Positions 49,678 to 57,570 of a stretch of 64,000 nucleotides of DNA are shown here, piece after piece. The translations under genes and the position numbers were made by a program. Within the stretch, counting starts at the first letter, position 1, and every line of letters begins with the position of its first letter. Under the pieces are notes generated by a model that saw nothing but the letters and a program-made list of their open reading frames with translations, ran no database searches and was not told the origin of the DNA. Source of the stretch: Armatimonadota bacterium (GTDB lineage Bacteria > Armatimonadota > UBA10988); contig JACRKZ010000008.1 of NCBI GenBank assembly GCA_016235455.1, positions 51,584-115,583 of the forward strand, given 5' to 3'.

Positions 49678-50064
49678 CTACTTGGCCAACTGCGTGTCGA
49701 TGGACTTGATGTGCGTGGTGAACCAGGTGCTGAGTTCACGCATCGTCTCAATGCTGGCCATGGCGCTCGGACCGCCCGCGGCCGCCTTGGTCTTGAGCTC
49801 ACCAAAGCGCTGCAGGAAGTACGCGTGTGCCTTCTTGTTCTCTGCCGCCACCGGGCAGTTGAGCCGCGTCATGTGCGACTCTTCCAGCGAGAAGTGTTTG
49901 GCCGCGTAAGTCTGGGTGAAGGCCAGGATCTCCTGCACCTTCTCACCGCCCGAGCCGCTCTGCATGGCCTCGACAAACTCGTTGAACTTGCCAATCAGCA
50001 CCTGGTGCTGCCGGTCGAGCTCATCGACTCCCGTGGCCATTGCGGCCGTCCATTGCACAGGCAT
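49678..50064 (-). CDS. Bacteriohemerythrin
   Basis: W....TGVDELDRQH, HFSLEE, NKKAH, HIKSID. Confidence 0.9.
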   Translation of the reverse strand: MPVQWTAAMATGVDELDRQHQVLIGKFNEFVEAMQSGSGGEKVQEILAFTQTYAAKHFSLEESHMTRLNCPVAAENKKAHAYFLQRFGELKTKAAAGGPSAMASIETMRELSTWFTTHIKSIDTQLAK

Positions 50065-50175
50065 AGGTCTGGTCCTCTCTCTGGCACCGTTGCGCCCGAT
50101 GGCACTGTGGGGAGTGTGGACCTGGCCATGCCGCAGATCAAGAGCGTCTGTGACACGCTCGTAACACGATCACCC

Positions 50176-50502
50176 TCACATCTTGGCCAACTGCGTGTCG
50201 ATGGTCTTGATGTGCGTCGTGATCCAGGTGCTCAGCTCGCGCATCGTCTCGATCGAGACCGAGGCGGTGACGCCGCCTGCGTCGACCTTCGCCTTGATCT
50301 CCCCGAACCGCTTGAGGAACTGCGCGTGCGCCTGCTTGTTCTGGATGGCGACGGGACAGTTCACGCGAGCCATGTGGCTCTCTTCGAGCGCGAAGTGCTT
50401 CGCGGCGTAAGTCGCCGTGAAGGCCACGATCTCGCGCACCTTGGCATCGCCAGCACCGCTCTGCATGGCTTCGACCAGCTCATTGAGCTTGTTGATTGTC
50501 AA
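50176..50502 (-). pseudogene. 5'-truncated hemerythrin paralogue
   Basis: Closely matches 49678-50064 from INKLNELVEAMQ onward but lacks the first ~22 codons including the first His ligand; only a TTG without RBS at 50502. Confidence 0.7.
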
Positions 50503-50548
50503 GGAGGGTTGGACGCGGCGCCGGCGAACGGTGGGCGCGGAGTCGTCC

Positions 50549-53500
50549 ATGCGCGCGTTCGCCCCTTTCCTCGTCCTTCTCGGCTCGATCGCCTGTGCCG
50601 CCAACCTCGTGGGTAACCCCAGCTTTGAGCAGGCTGGCGCCAACGGCGTGCCGCGCGGCTGGTCCTGGTCAATCAACGGCGGGGCCGCCGCTGCGCTGAG
50701 CCGGGGGGCCGAGGGCCGTGGCGGCGGCTCGTGCGTGCGCTTGTCCAGCACCACGCCGCAGTCGCCGCACGTCTATGGCACGCTGCGCCAGAACCTGCGC
50801 CTGCAGCCCAACCGGCACTACACGCTGTCGTGCTATGTGAAAGGCACCGCGCTGGGCCATGCCTGGATCGGCGGCGGACCCGAGTGGAAGGTGCGCGCCG
50901 GCCTTACGCCGGGCGCCGACTGGCATCGTGTCGGCATCTCCTTTGTCACCGACGCGCAAGGCGGCGAGTGGCTGCTGCTGATCAACGTGGACGATGTGAC
51001 GCCTGGTTTTCTGATCGACGATGTGCAGGTGGAGGAAGGCGACGTGGCTACCGACTTCCAGACAACCGCTCGGCTGTCGGCCGGCCAGATGGACGTGGTG
51101 GTGACGCCGTTGGGCGCCGGCCGCAACCTGCTGACCAACAGCTCGTTTGAGCAACTCGGCGCCGACGGCCTGCCCGCTGGCTGGACCTTCAACCGCGGCC
51201 GCACCGACGGCGCGCTGGCGGTCGTCGAGCCGGGCGCCTCGGGCCGGCGCGCGCTGCGTCTGACCAACGGCACTCCGTTCGCCGCGAACGTCTACGCCAG
51301 CATCAACACCGGCGAGATCAAGGTCAAGCCCGGCCAGCCTTACACGGTATCGGCGCGAGTGCGAACGCAGACCGGCCTGGGCATTGCCTGGATCGGCGGC
51401 GGCCCCGGCTGGAACTGGCGCATGCGCATCCCCGAGACCGGCGGTGCCTGGCGCCGCATCAGCCAGACCTGGGTCAACGGCGATGACACCAGCGTGCCGT
51501 TCATGATGATCACCGAGAGCCCAACCACACCGATCGACATCGATGACGTGCAGTTCGAGCAGGGCAGCGCGGCCTCACCGTTCGACGATCCGCAGTTGGT
51601 GCTGCCGCCGACGCTGGACCTGTCGCCGGCCATGCGCGGCCGCGGCCCGCAGCCCGAGGGGCTGTTCGCGGCGACCTGGACGCCGGAACTCTATCCTACC
51701 GGCGACTGGGCCTTCGGCGACGGCCTGCTGCAGCTCGAGGGCTCGCTCTACCTGCCCCAGGACGCCGACCGCGCGCGGCTCGAGATCGATCTGCTGGCCG
51801 GCGACCGGCAACTGGCCACCTACCGCGGCCCGGCCGGCCTGCCGGCGCGCGGCAGCGTCACGTTGCGCGCCGGCCTGACCGACCCACCGCCGCACGAACT
51901 TACCTACGTGGGACGCGCCTTCGTCGGCGACCAGAAGGTGACCGAGACGCGCCGTACCTTGCGCATTGTCGGCGCCGCCGAGGTGGAAGACCTGCTGACC
52001 AAGGCCGCCGCGCGCCTGCCCGAAGTGCAGCGCCGCGCGACTGCCGATGACGACGCGCTGGCCGTCGGCGCCACCGTCGAGTGGTTCCTGCGCTGGGCGC
52101 GCGAAGACCTGGCCGACGGCCTGGTGGACCGTGCCTACGACGCCGCGCGCCGGCTCTCGCCGATGGTCGAGAAGATGCTGGCCAGCCCGGCGCGGCCGCG
52201 GGCGCCGCGCTATGTCACCAGCCCGGTGACCATCGCCAACGGCGGCTTTGTCGCCACCATGCGCGCCGCCGACGGCACCACCGCACAGCGGCCGGTGTTC
52301 TTCACCGGCATGGGCCACTTCGGCGCGGTGCGCTCGATGGTGGCCGATCTGCCGCGCATCGGCACCAACATCATCCAGGTCGAGGTCGGCCCCAGCGCGG
52401 TGCTGAGCAGCGAGACCGGCTTCGACGACCAGCCCATACGCGACGTCGTAGGCCTGCTGGACCGCGCCGCCAAGGCCGACGTGATGGTCAACCTGCTGCT
52501 CTCGCCCCACTACTTCCCGGCCTGGGCGCTGGCCAAGTGGCCCGACCTCAAGGAGTTCAACGGCGGGTTCCTTCAGTACGCCATCCAGGACCCGCGCGCC
52601 AAGGGCGTCATCGAGCGCTTCCTGCGCCACATCGTGCCGATGATCAAGGATCATCCAGCCCTGCACAGCGTCTGTCTGAGCAACGAGCCGCTGGTCATCG
52701 ACCAGAGCCGCTGCAAGACCGCGCTGGTCATGTGGCGCGACTGGCTGCGGCAGCGCTACGGCACCATTGAGGCGGTCAACCGCCGCTGGGGCACCAAGCA
52801 CGCCGGCTTCGACGCCGTGACCATTCCGCCCGCGAAGATCGAAGCGTCGGCGCTGTGCGTCGACTATGTGCGGTTCAACCAGGAGGCCTTCGCCGGCTGG
52901 CACCGCTGGATGGGCGACATCGTCCACCAGATCGCGCCCAAGCTGCCCGTGCACGCCAAGATCATGATGAGCAACCACTTCGGCGCCCACACCGGCGGGT
53001 TCTGGAGCGTTGCGCCCGAGCTGTTCGCCGACCTGTCGGAGATCAACGGCAACGACTGCTGCAAATGGCCGTCGAACCAGGGCGCCTGGGCCTGCGAGTG
53101 GCAGGGCGAGAACATGGGCTACGACTACCAGCGCAGCGCCAAGCTGGTGCCGGTGTTCAACAGCGAGAACCACCTCATCGTCGACCGCTTCCTGAACGAC
53201 GTGTCGCCCGAGTTCATCCGCAACGTCTTCTGGCAAGGCGCCGTCCACGGTCAGGGCGCCACGACCACCTGGGTCTGGGAGCGCACCACCGACCCCGTCA
53301 GCGACTTCGCCGGCAGTATCATGCATCGGCCCGACTGCGTGGCGGAGTTCGGCCGCACAGCCTTCGACCTGAACCGCGTCGCGGCCGAGGTGACGGCCAT
53401 CAGCGCGCAGGCTGCGCCGGTGGCCATCGTCTGGTCGCAGAGCACCTGCCTGTGGCGCCCGGCGCACAGCACCGAGGTCGGCCACGTCTACACCGCCGCC

Positions 53501-54025
53501 AACTTCCTCGACCGGCCGCTCGGCTTCGTCAACGAGCGCGACGCGGAGGCCTATCTGGCCGGCCGCCCCAACCGTGCGCTGGACAGCGCGCGGATCGTGT
53601 TGGTGCCCGGTGCGACGCATGTGCCGACAAGCCTGCTGGCCGCGCTGGAGCGCTTTGCGGCCAAGGGCGGCCGGGTGGTCTGGCTGGGCGGGCTGCCCGA
53701 GCGCGACGATGCCGGACAGCCGCTGCCGGCCGCCGAGCGCCGCTCCCTGGTGCCCGACCTGGCTGGCACGAGCGAGAAGGCGCTGTGGCAGACGCTGAGC
53801 CCGCTCGTCGCGCAGGCCTGCGGCGCCGCGCTGGTGCAGGCGGGGCAGTTCGGGCTGGAGGCGCGCTCGGCACTGGTCGGTGGCCGCCGCGTGGTCAACC
53901 TGTGCAACTACACACGCCAGCCGATGCGCGTGACGCTGCCCGCCGGCCATGACCTGCTGTCGGGCCAGGCCACCGGCACCAGCGTCGAGGTGCTGCCGCT
54001 GGTCCCGCGGCTCATCGGCTGGTGA
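50549..54025 (+). CDS. Secreted multidomain glycoside hydrolase: two CBM4/9-like modules plus GH42-like catalytic and trimerisation domains
   Basis: Signal peptide; NLVGNPSFE and NLLTNSSFE...DDVQ repeats; LSPHYFP, LSNEP acid/base, WLRQRYGTIEAVNRRWG, FNSENH. Confidence 0.85.
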   Translation: MRAFAPFLVLLGSIACAANLVGNPSFEQAGANGVPRGWSWSINGGAAAALSRGAEGRGGGSCVRLSSTTPQSPHVYGTLRQNLRLQPNRHYTLSCYVKGTALGHAWIGGGPEWKVRAGLTPGADWHRVGISFVTDAQGGEWLLLINVDDVTPGFLIDDVQVEEGDVATDFQTTARLSAGQMDVVVTPLGAGRNLLTNSSFEQLGADGLPAGWTFNRGRTDGALAVVEPGASGRRALRLTNGTPFAANVYASINTGEIKVKPGQPYTVSARVRTQTGLGIAWIGGGPGWNWRMRIPETGGAWRRISQTWVNGDDTSVPFMMITESPTTPIDIDDVQFEQGSAASPFDDPQLVLPPTLDLSPAMRGRGPQPEGLFAATWTPELYPTGDWAFGDGLLQLEGSLYLPQDADRARLEIDLLAGDRQLATYRGPAGLPARGSVTLRAGLTDPPPHELTYVGRAFVGDQKVTETRRTLRIVGAAEVEDLLTKAAARLPEVQRRATADDDALAVGATVEWFLRWAREDLADGLVDRAYDAARRLSPMVEKMLASPARPRAPRYVTSPVTIANGGFVATMRAADGTTAQRPVFFTGMGHFGAVRSMVADLPRIGTNIIQVEVGPSAVLSSETGFDDQPIRDVVGLLDRAAKADVMVNLLLSPHYFPAWALAKWPDLKEFNGGFLQYAIQDPRAKGVIERFLRHIVPMIKDHPALHSVCLSNEPLVIDQSRCKTALVMWRDWLRQRYGTIEAVNRRWGTKHAGFDAVTIPPAKIEASALCVDYVRFNQEAFAGWHRWMGDIVHQIAPKLPVHAKIMMSNHFGAHTGGFWSVAPELFADLSEINGNDCCKWPSNQGAWACEWQGENMGYDYQRSAKLVPVFNSENHLIVDRFLNDVSPEFIRNVFWQGAVHGQGATTTWVWERTTDPVSDFAGSIMHRPDCVAEFGRTAFDLNRVAAEVTAISAQAAPVAIVWSQSTCLWRPAHSTEVGHVYTAANFLDRPLGFVNERDAEAYLAGRPNRALDSARIVLVPGATHVPTSLLAALERFAAKGGRVVWLGGLPERDDAGQPLPAAERRSLVPDLAGTSEKALWQTLSPLVAQACGAALVQAGQFGLEARSALVGGRRVVNLCNYTRQPMRVTLPAGHDLLSGQATGTSVEVLPLVPRLIGW

Positions 54026-54032
54026 AATGAGG

Positions 54033-54061
54033 GCGGCCCGCCGGCAAGGCCGGCGGGCCGC
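54033..54061. terminator. 13-bp GC hairpin between convergent genes
   Basis: gcggcccgccggc-aag-gccggcgggccgc. Confidence 0.65.
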
Positions 54062-54087
54062 TCGATAACTGGCTTGCGTCTGGCAAC

Positions 54088-54762
54088 CTACTCGTCGGCG
54101 AACGGATCGTCGTCGTCGGAGTCGTAGGAACCGCCGCTCACGGCGCCCTTGGGCGGTCGCGGGGCATCATCGGCAAACGGATCGGCTTCGTCGGAATCCT
54201 TGGGGAAGGACTGCCGCCGGCTCGGCCGCTCACCGCCGCCACGGTCGTCGTCGCGCGGTCGGTCGGCACCGCGCGCGGGCGCCTCACCGCGAGGAGCGCG
54301 CGCGGCCGGAGCCTCGTCCTCCTCGAAGTCGCGGTAGTGCTCCCAGCGACCGCCGCCATCGCGGCCGCCGCCACCACCACCGCTGGCGCGGCGCGGCCGA
54401 TCGTCGTCGGACGCGGACTCGCCACGCGGCGTGAGGTTCTGCACGTTGTCCGCCTGAACCTCGATCCACTGCTTGCGCAGACCCTCGCGGTCGGTGTACT
54501 CGTCGATCTGCAGTCGACCTTCCACCGCCACCAGGTTGCCCCGGCGCAGATACTGGTTCACGAACTTGGCGGTGTGGCGGAAGCAGACCACGTTGAAGAA
54601 GTCGGCTTCGCGCTCACGGTCGCCACCGCGGTCGCGGTCGGACGTTCGGCCCATGCGGTTGACCGCGATACGGAATTTGCTGATTTCCATCCCGTCGCCG
54701 GAGAACCGCTCTTCGGGGTCATTGGTCAACCGGCCAATCAGCACGATGCGATTTAGCTGCAT
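54088..54762 (-). CDS. ssb: Single-stranded DNA-binding protein
   Basis: LNRIVLIGRLTNDPE, ADFFNVVCF, VAVEGRLQ, acidic tail. Confidence 0.96.
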   Translation of the reverse strand: MQLNRIVLIGRLTNDPEERFSGDGMEISKFRIAVNRMGRTSDRDRGGDREREADFFNVVCFRHTAKFVNQYLRRGNLVAVEGRLQIDEYTDREGLRKQWIEVQADNVQNLTPRGESASDDDRPRRASGGGGGGRDGGGRWEHYRDFEEDEAPAARAPRGEAPARGADRPRDDDRGGGERPSRRQSFPKDSDEADPFADDAPRPPKGAVSGGSYDSDDDDPFADE

Positions 54763-54810
54763 GACGTCACCCTACCCTCGCCCGACCACAACCGGGGCGC
54801 CGCAATCAGA

Positions 54811-55329
54811 CTACTCGGTAGCTTCGGGGGCTTCCGGAGCGGCCTCTTCGGCCACTTCGGCCACTTCCACGACTTCGGCGGCTTCGGGCGCAGCGGCGGC
54901 GGGCGCCACGGGCACCTCATTGACCGACGCCAGACCATCAGCTGTCTCGACCATCACGGCCTCGACCTGCTCGACAGCTTCCTCGGCAGCCGCTTCGGGC
55001 GCGTCCTCAGGCAGCGGCTGGCCCGGCGGGCGCACGCCGCGCTTCTCGTCAATCAGCAGCAGGTAGCGCAGAATCGTCTCATGATGGTCGATCTGCAGGA
55101 ACTGCTGGATGCCCGAGATCACCTCGGGCGAGGCGGTGAAGTTGCACAGGCAGTACGTGCCCTGCGTCGCCTTCTTCATCGGGTAAGCCAAGCGGCGGCG
55201 ACCCAGCATATCGTGGGCCGTCACGGTACCATCCCGACCAACGCGTGTGGTAATACTCTCCATCACGGCCTTGATGCCAGCGGCATCCTGGTCGGGGTGG
55301 ATGACATACATCATCTCATAGTCGCGCAT
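54811..55329 (-). CDS. rpsF: 30S ribosomal protein S6 with long acidic tail
   Basis: MRDYEMMYVIHPD, GRRRLAYPMKK, ILRYL; located upstream of ssb. Confidence 0.95.
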   Translation of the reverse strand: MRDYEMMYVIHPDQDAAGIKAVMESITTRVGRDGTVTAHDMLGRRRLAYPMKKATQGTYCLCNFTASPEVISGIQQFLQIDHHETILRYLLLIDEKRGVRPPGQPLPEDAPEAAAEEAVEQVEAVMVETADGLASVNEVPVAPAAAAPEAAEVVEVAEVAEEAAPEAPEATE

Positions 55330-55337
55330 CGTCGCGA

Positions 55338-55386
55338 CTCCTTCCCTCGGTCAAGTAGGCTCCCAGTCTTCTGGGAGCGAGAAGGT
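55338..55386 (-). promoter_or_regulatory. Candidate S6:S18-type autoregulatory leader
   Basis: Hairpin GCUCCCAG-AAGA-CUGGGAGC enclosed by CCUUCUC pairing with GAGGGAAGG (SD region), with CCG in the joining segment. Confidence 0.55.
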
Positions 55387-55415
55387 TAGCCACCCCAGGG
55401 TGTTCAACCGCGCGC

Positions 55416-55444
55416 AGGCTACCACAGGTGCCGTCAAGAGTCAA
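55416..55444 (-). promoter_or_regulatory. rpsF promoter TTGACT-N17-TAGCCT (extended TG)
   Basis: Minus strand TTGACTcttgacggcacctgtggTAGCCT. Confidence 0.65.
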
Positions 55445-55502
55445 CGCAGTGCGAACATTCCTTCGCACAAGGAGTGTGCGGGTCGTGCGCGGCGCCCCGC
55501 CG

Positions 55503-55537
55503 CCCACTCCCACGCCCCACGTCCCACCACCCACGTC
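55503..55537. repeat. Tandem heptamer array (CCACGNC-like x5) abutting TATAAT
   Basis: cccactc ccacgcc ccacgtc ccaccac ccacgtc then tTATAAT (55539-55544). Confidence 0.65.
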
Positions 55538-55552
55538 TTATAATGCATGGCC

Positions 55553-56887
55553 ATGAGCTTCCGAGTTGCCCTCACGACCTTGGGCTGCAAGGTTAACCAG
55601 GCCGACAGCGACCTGCTGGCGGCGGCCTTCGAATCCGCCGGATGCCGGCTGGTGGAGCCCGATCAGCCGGCTGACGCCTATGTGGTCAACACCTGCACCG
55701 TGACGCTGGTGGCTGATCGCAAGGCACGCAAGCTGGTGCGACAGGTGGCCGCTCGCAACGAGTCGGCCGTGGTCGCCGTCACCGGCTGCTACGCCGAGGG
55801 GTTGGGCCGGGCCGTGCTTGAGGCCATGCCCGAGGTCGATGTGGTGCGGGGCACCCACGATCGCGCCAGCCTGCCCGAGGCAGTACTGCTGGAACTGCGC
55901 AAGCGCGTCGCGCTGGGCCTGCTGCGGCCGCTGGACGGCGCGCCGGCGACGCTCGAGCAACGTGTGCGCGCCATGCTCAAGATCCAGGACGGCTGCCGCC
56001 AGTACTGCGCGTACTGCATCGTGCCCAGCGTGCGCGGCCCGCTGACCAGCCGCCGCCACGACGATGTGCTGGCCGAAGCGCGTGACCGGGTGCGTGGCGG
56101 CGTGCGCGAGTTGGTGCTGGCGGGCATCCGGCTGGGGGCGTTTGGCGTCGACTGGCCCGACCGCCGCGGCTCGCGGTTTGCGCCGCTCGAGCGGCTGGTG
56201 AGCGAGCTGGGCCAGATCGAGAACCTGGCACGCGTGCGCATCAGTTCCGTGCTGCCGCTCGACTGCGGGGCGAACCTGTTCGCCACCATGGCCGCCACCC
56301 CCGCGGTCTGCACGCACCTGCATCTGCCCCTGCAGGCTGGCGACGACACGACCCTGAGGCGCATGGGCCGCGGCTACACCACCCGCAGATTCCGCGCGCT
56401 GGTGGACGCCGCACGCGCGCACCTGGGCGACCTGGCCCTGGCCACCGACGTGATGGTCGGCTTCCCCGGCGAGACGCGTCGCCAGTTCGAGCACACCCTG
56501 GCCTTCTGCGAGGCTGTCGGTTTCGCCGACATGCATGTCTTCAGTTACAGTCCGCGCCCGGGCACGCGCGCGGCCGAGTGGCCCGACGACGTGCCGCCGG
56601 CGGAAAAGGCGGCGCGATCTGGGGCCCTGTGTGACTTGCGCGATGACCTGCGCAGGCGGTACTATGAGCGACGGCTGGGTCGTACCGACGAAGTCCTGGT
56701 GGAGTCCCATGATGAAGCTACGGACGAGGTCGAAGGCCTGACCCGCGAGTACGTTCGTGTGCGGGCGAGAGTATCGCTCGCCGCGCGGCCGGCTCTGGGC
56801 AGCCTGGTGCCGATGCGTCTGGTGGCCGTCGAGGCAGACGGCATGACAGGCGAATTGGCGGTCGGCCAAGTTGTTGCAAACGACTAG
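55553..56887 (+). CDS. mtaB: tRNA t6A37 methylthiotransferase
   Basis: TLGCKVNQADS, NTCTVT..AD.K, TGCYA, LKIQDGCxxxCxYC, HVFSYSPRPGT; alternative ATG at 55547. Confidence 0.92.
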   Translation: MSFRVALTTLGCKVNQADSDLLAAAFESAGCRLVEPDQPADAYVVNTCTVTLVADRKARKLVRQVAARNESAVVAVTGCYAEGLGRAVLEAMPEVDVVRGTHDRASLPEAVLLELRKRVALGLLRPLDGAPATLEQRVRAMLKIQDGCRQYCAYCIVPSVRGPLTSRRHDDVLAEARDRVRGGVRELVLAGIRLGAFGVDWPDRRGSRFAPLERLVSELGQIENLARVRISSVLPLDCGANLFATMAATPAVCTHLHLPLQAGDDTTLRRMGRGYTTRRFRALVDAARAHLGDLALATDVMVGFPGETRRQFEHTLAFCEAVGFADMHVFSYSPRPGTRAAEWPDDVPPAEKAARSGALCDLRDDLRRRYYERRLGRTDEVLVESHDEATDEVEGLTREYVRVRARVSLAARPALGSLVPMRLVAVEADGMTGELAVGQVVAND

Positions 56888-56941
56888 AGAAGCCGTTGTC
56901 GACGCCTCAGCATGTCGGCGCGGACAAAGAGGAATTCATCC

Positions 56942-57118
56942 ATGGCTCACAAGATCGACGCGGACAGCTGCATCTCCTGCGCGGCGTGCGAGGCCGAGTG
57001 CCCCGAGGGCGCCATCAGCGAGGGCGACGGCGCCTACGTGATTGACCCCGACACCTGCTCGGATTGCGCCACCTGCGTGGACGTCTGCCCGTCCGAGGCC
57101 ATCACCCCGGCTGAGTAA
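56942..57118 (+). CDS. 2[4Fe-4S] ferredoxin (58 aa)
   Basis: CISCAACEAECP and CSDCATCVDVCP; GAGG RBS. Confidence 0.96.
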   Translation: MAHKIDADSCISCAACEAECPEGAISEGDGAYVIDPDTCSDCATCVDVCPSEAITPAE

Positions 57119-57138
57119 GACCATACCTTACGGACAGG

Positions 57139-57186
57139 CGAGGATCGCCCTGGGTCGAGCGACCGGGGGCGGTCCTCGTTTGCTTT
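57139..57186 (+). terminator. Intrinsic terminator after ferredoxin
   Basis: cgaggatcgccc...gggcggtcctcg stem followed by tttgcttt. Confidence 0.7.
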
Positions 57187-57205
57187 GGGGGTGCGCGCGC
57201 AGCCG

Positions 57206-57234
57206 TTGACCCCGGCCCTGGCCGTCCCTATACT
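57206..57234 (+). promoter_or_regulatory. Near-consensus promoter TTGACC-N17-TATACT
   Basis: 5/6 match at both boxes with a 17-bp spacer. Confidence 0.8.
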
Positions 57235-57258
57235 AGCTGTGGCCAGAGAGGGCACAAC

Positions 57259-57564
57259 ATGGATCGCGACAAGGCGGTTGCGCGCGGCGTGGAGTTGGGC
57301 ATCGAGCCCGAGGTGGCAGCGGCGGTGGTCAGCGCCTATGAGGGCGTCGGCCGCACGCTGGGGCGCAGCTATGACCCCGCGCTTTGGTCCAAGACCGTCT
57401 GGCTGGCCGAGGCCGACCGCTGGCGCCGCAGCCCCGACGCCGCCACGCACCACACCTTGCTGCTGCACCTGCAGCGCCTCGGCGACACCTGGGAAGCCAA
57501 AGCCAAGCGCGGCGCGCGCGGCTGGGACCCCGGTCAGACCGGCGAACGCCTCACCAAGCTGTGA
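57259..57564 (+). CDS. Hypothetical protein (101 aa)
   Basis: Own promoter, GAGAGGG RBS, GC3-biased codons; no recognised motif. Confidence 0.75.
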   Translation: MDRDKAVARGVELGIEPEVAAAVVSAYEGVGRTLGRSYDPALWSKTVWLAEADRWRRSPDAATHHTLLLHLQRLGDTWEAKAKRGARGWDPGQTGERLTKL

Positions 57565-57570
57565 GCCCGG

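Noticed and set aside
50176-50754. 192-aa hemerythrin with a novel N-terminus
   Set aside because: The N-terminal part is the antisense of the GH gene start and has no hemerythrin features
47574-54025. Block between ssb and rplI as a prophage or integrative element
   Set aside because: No integrase, transposase, phage genes or att repeats seen; composition looks like the rest of the window
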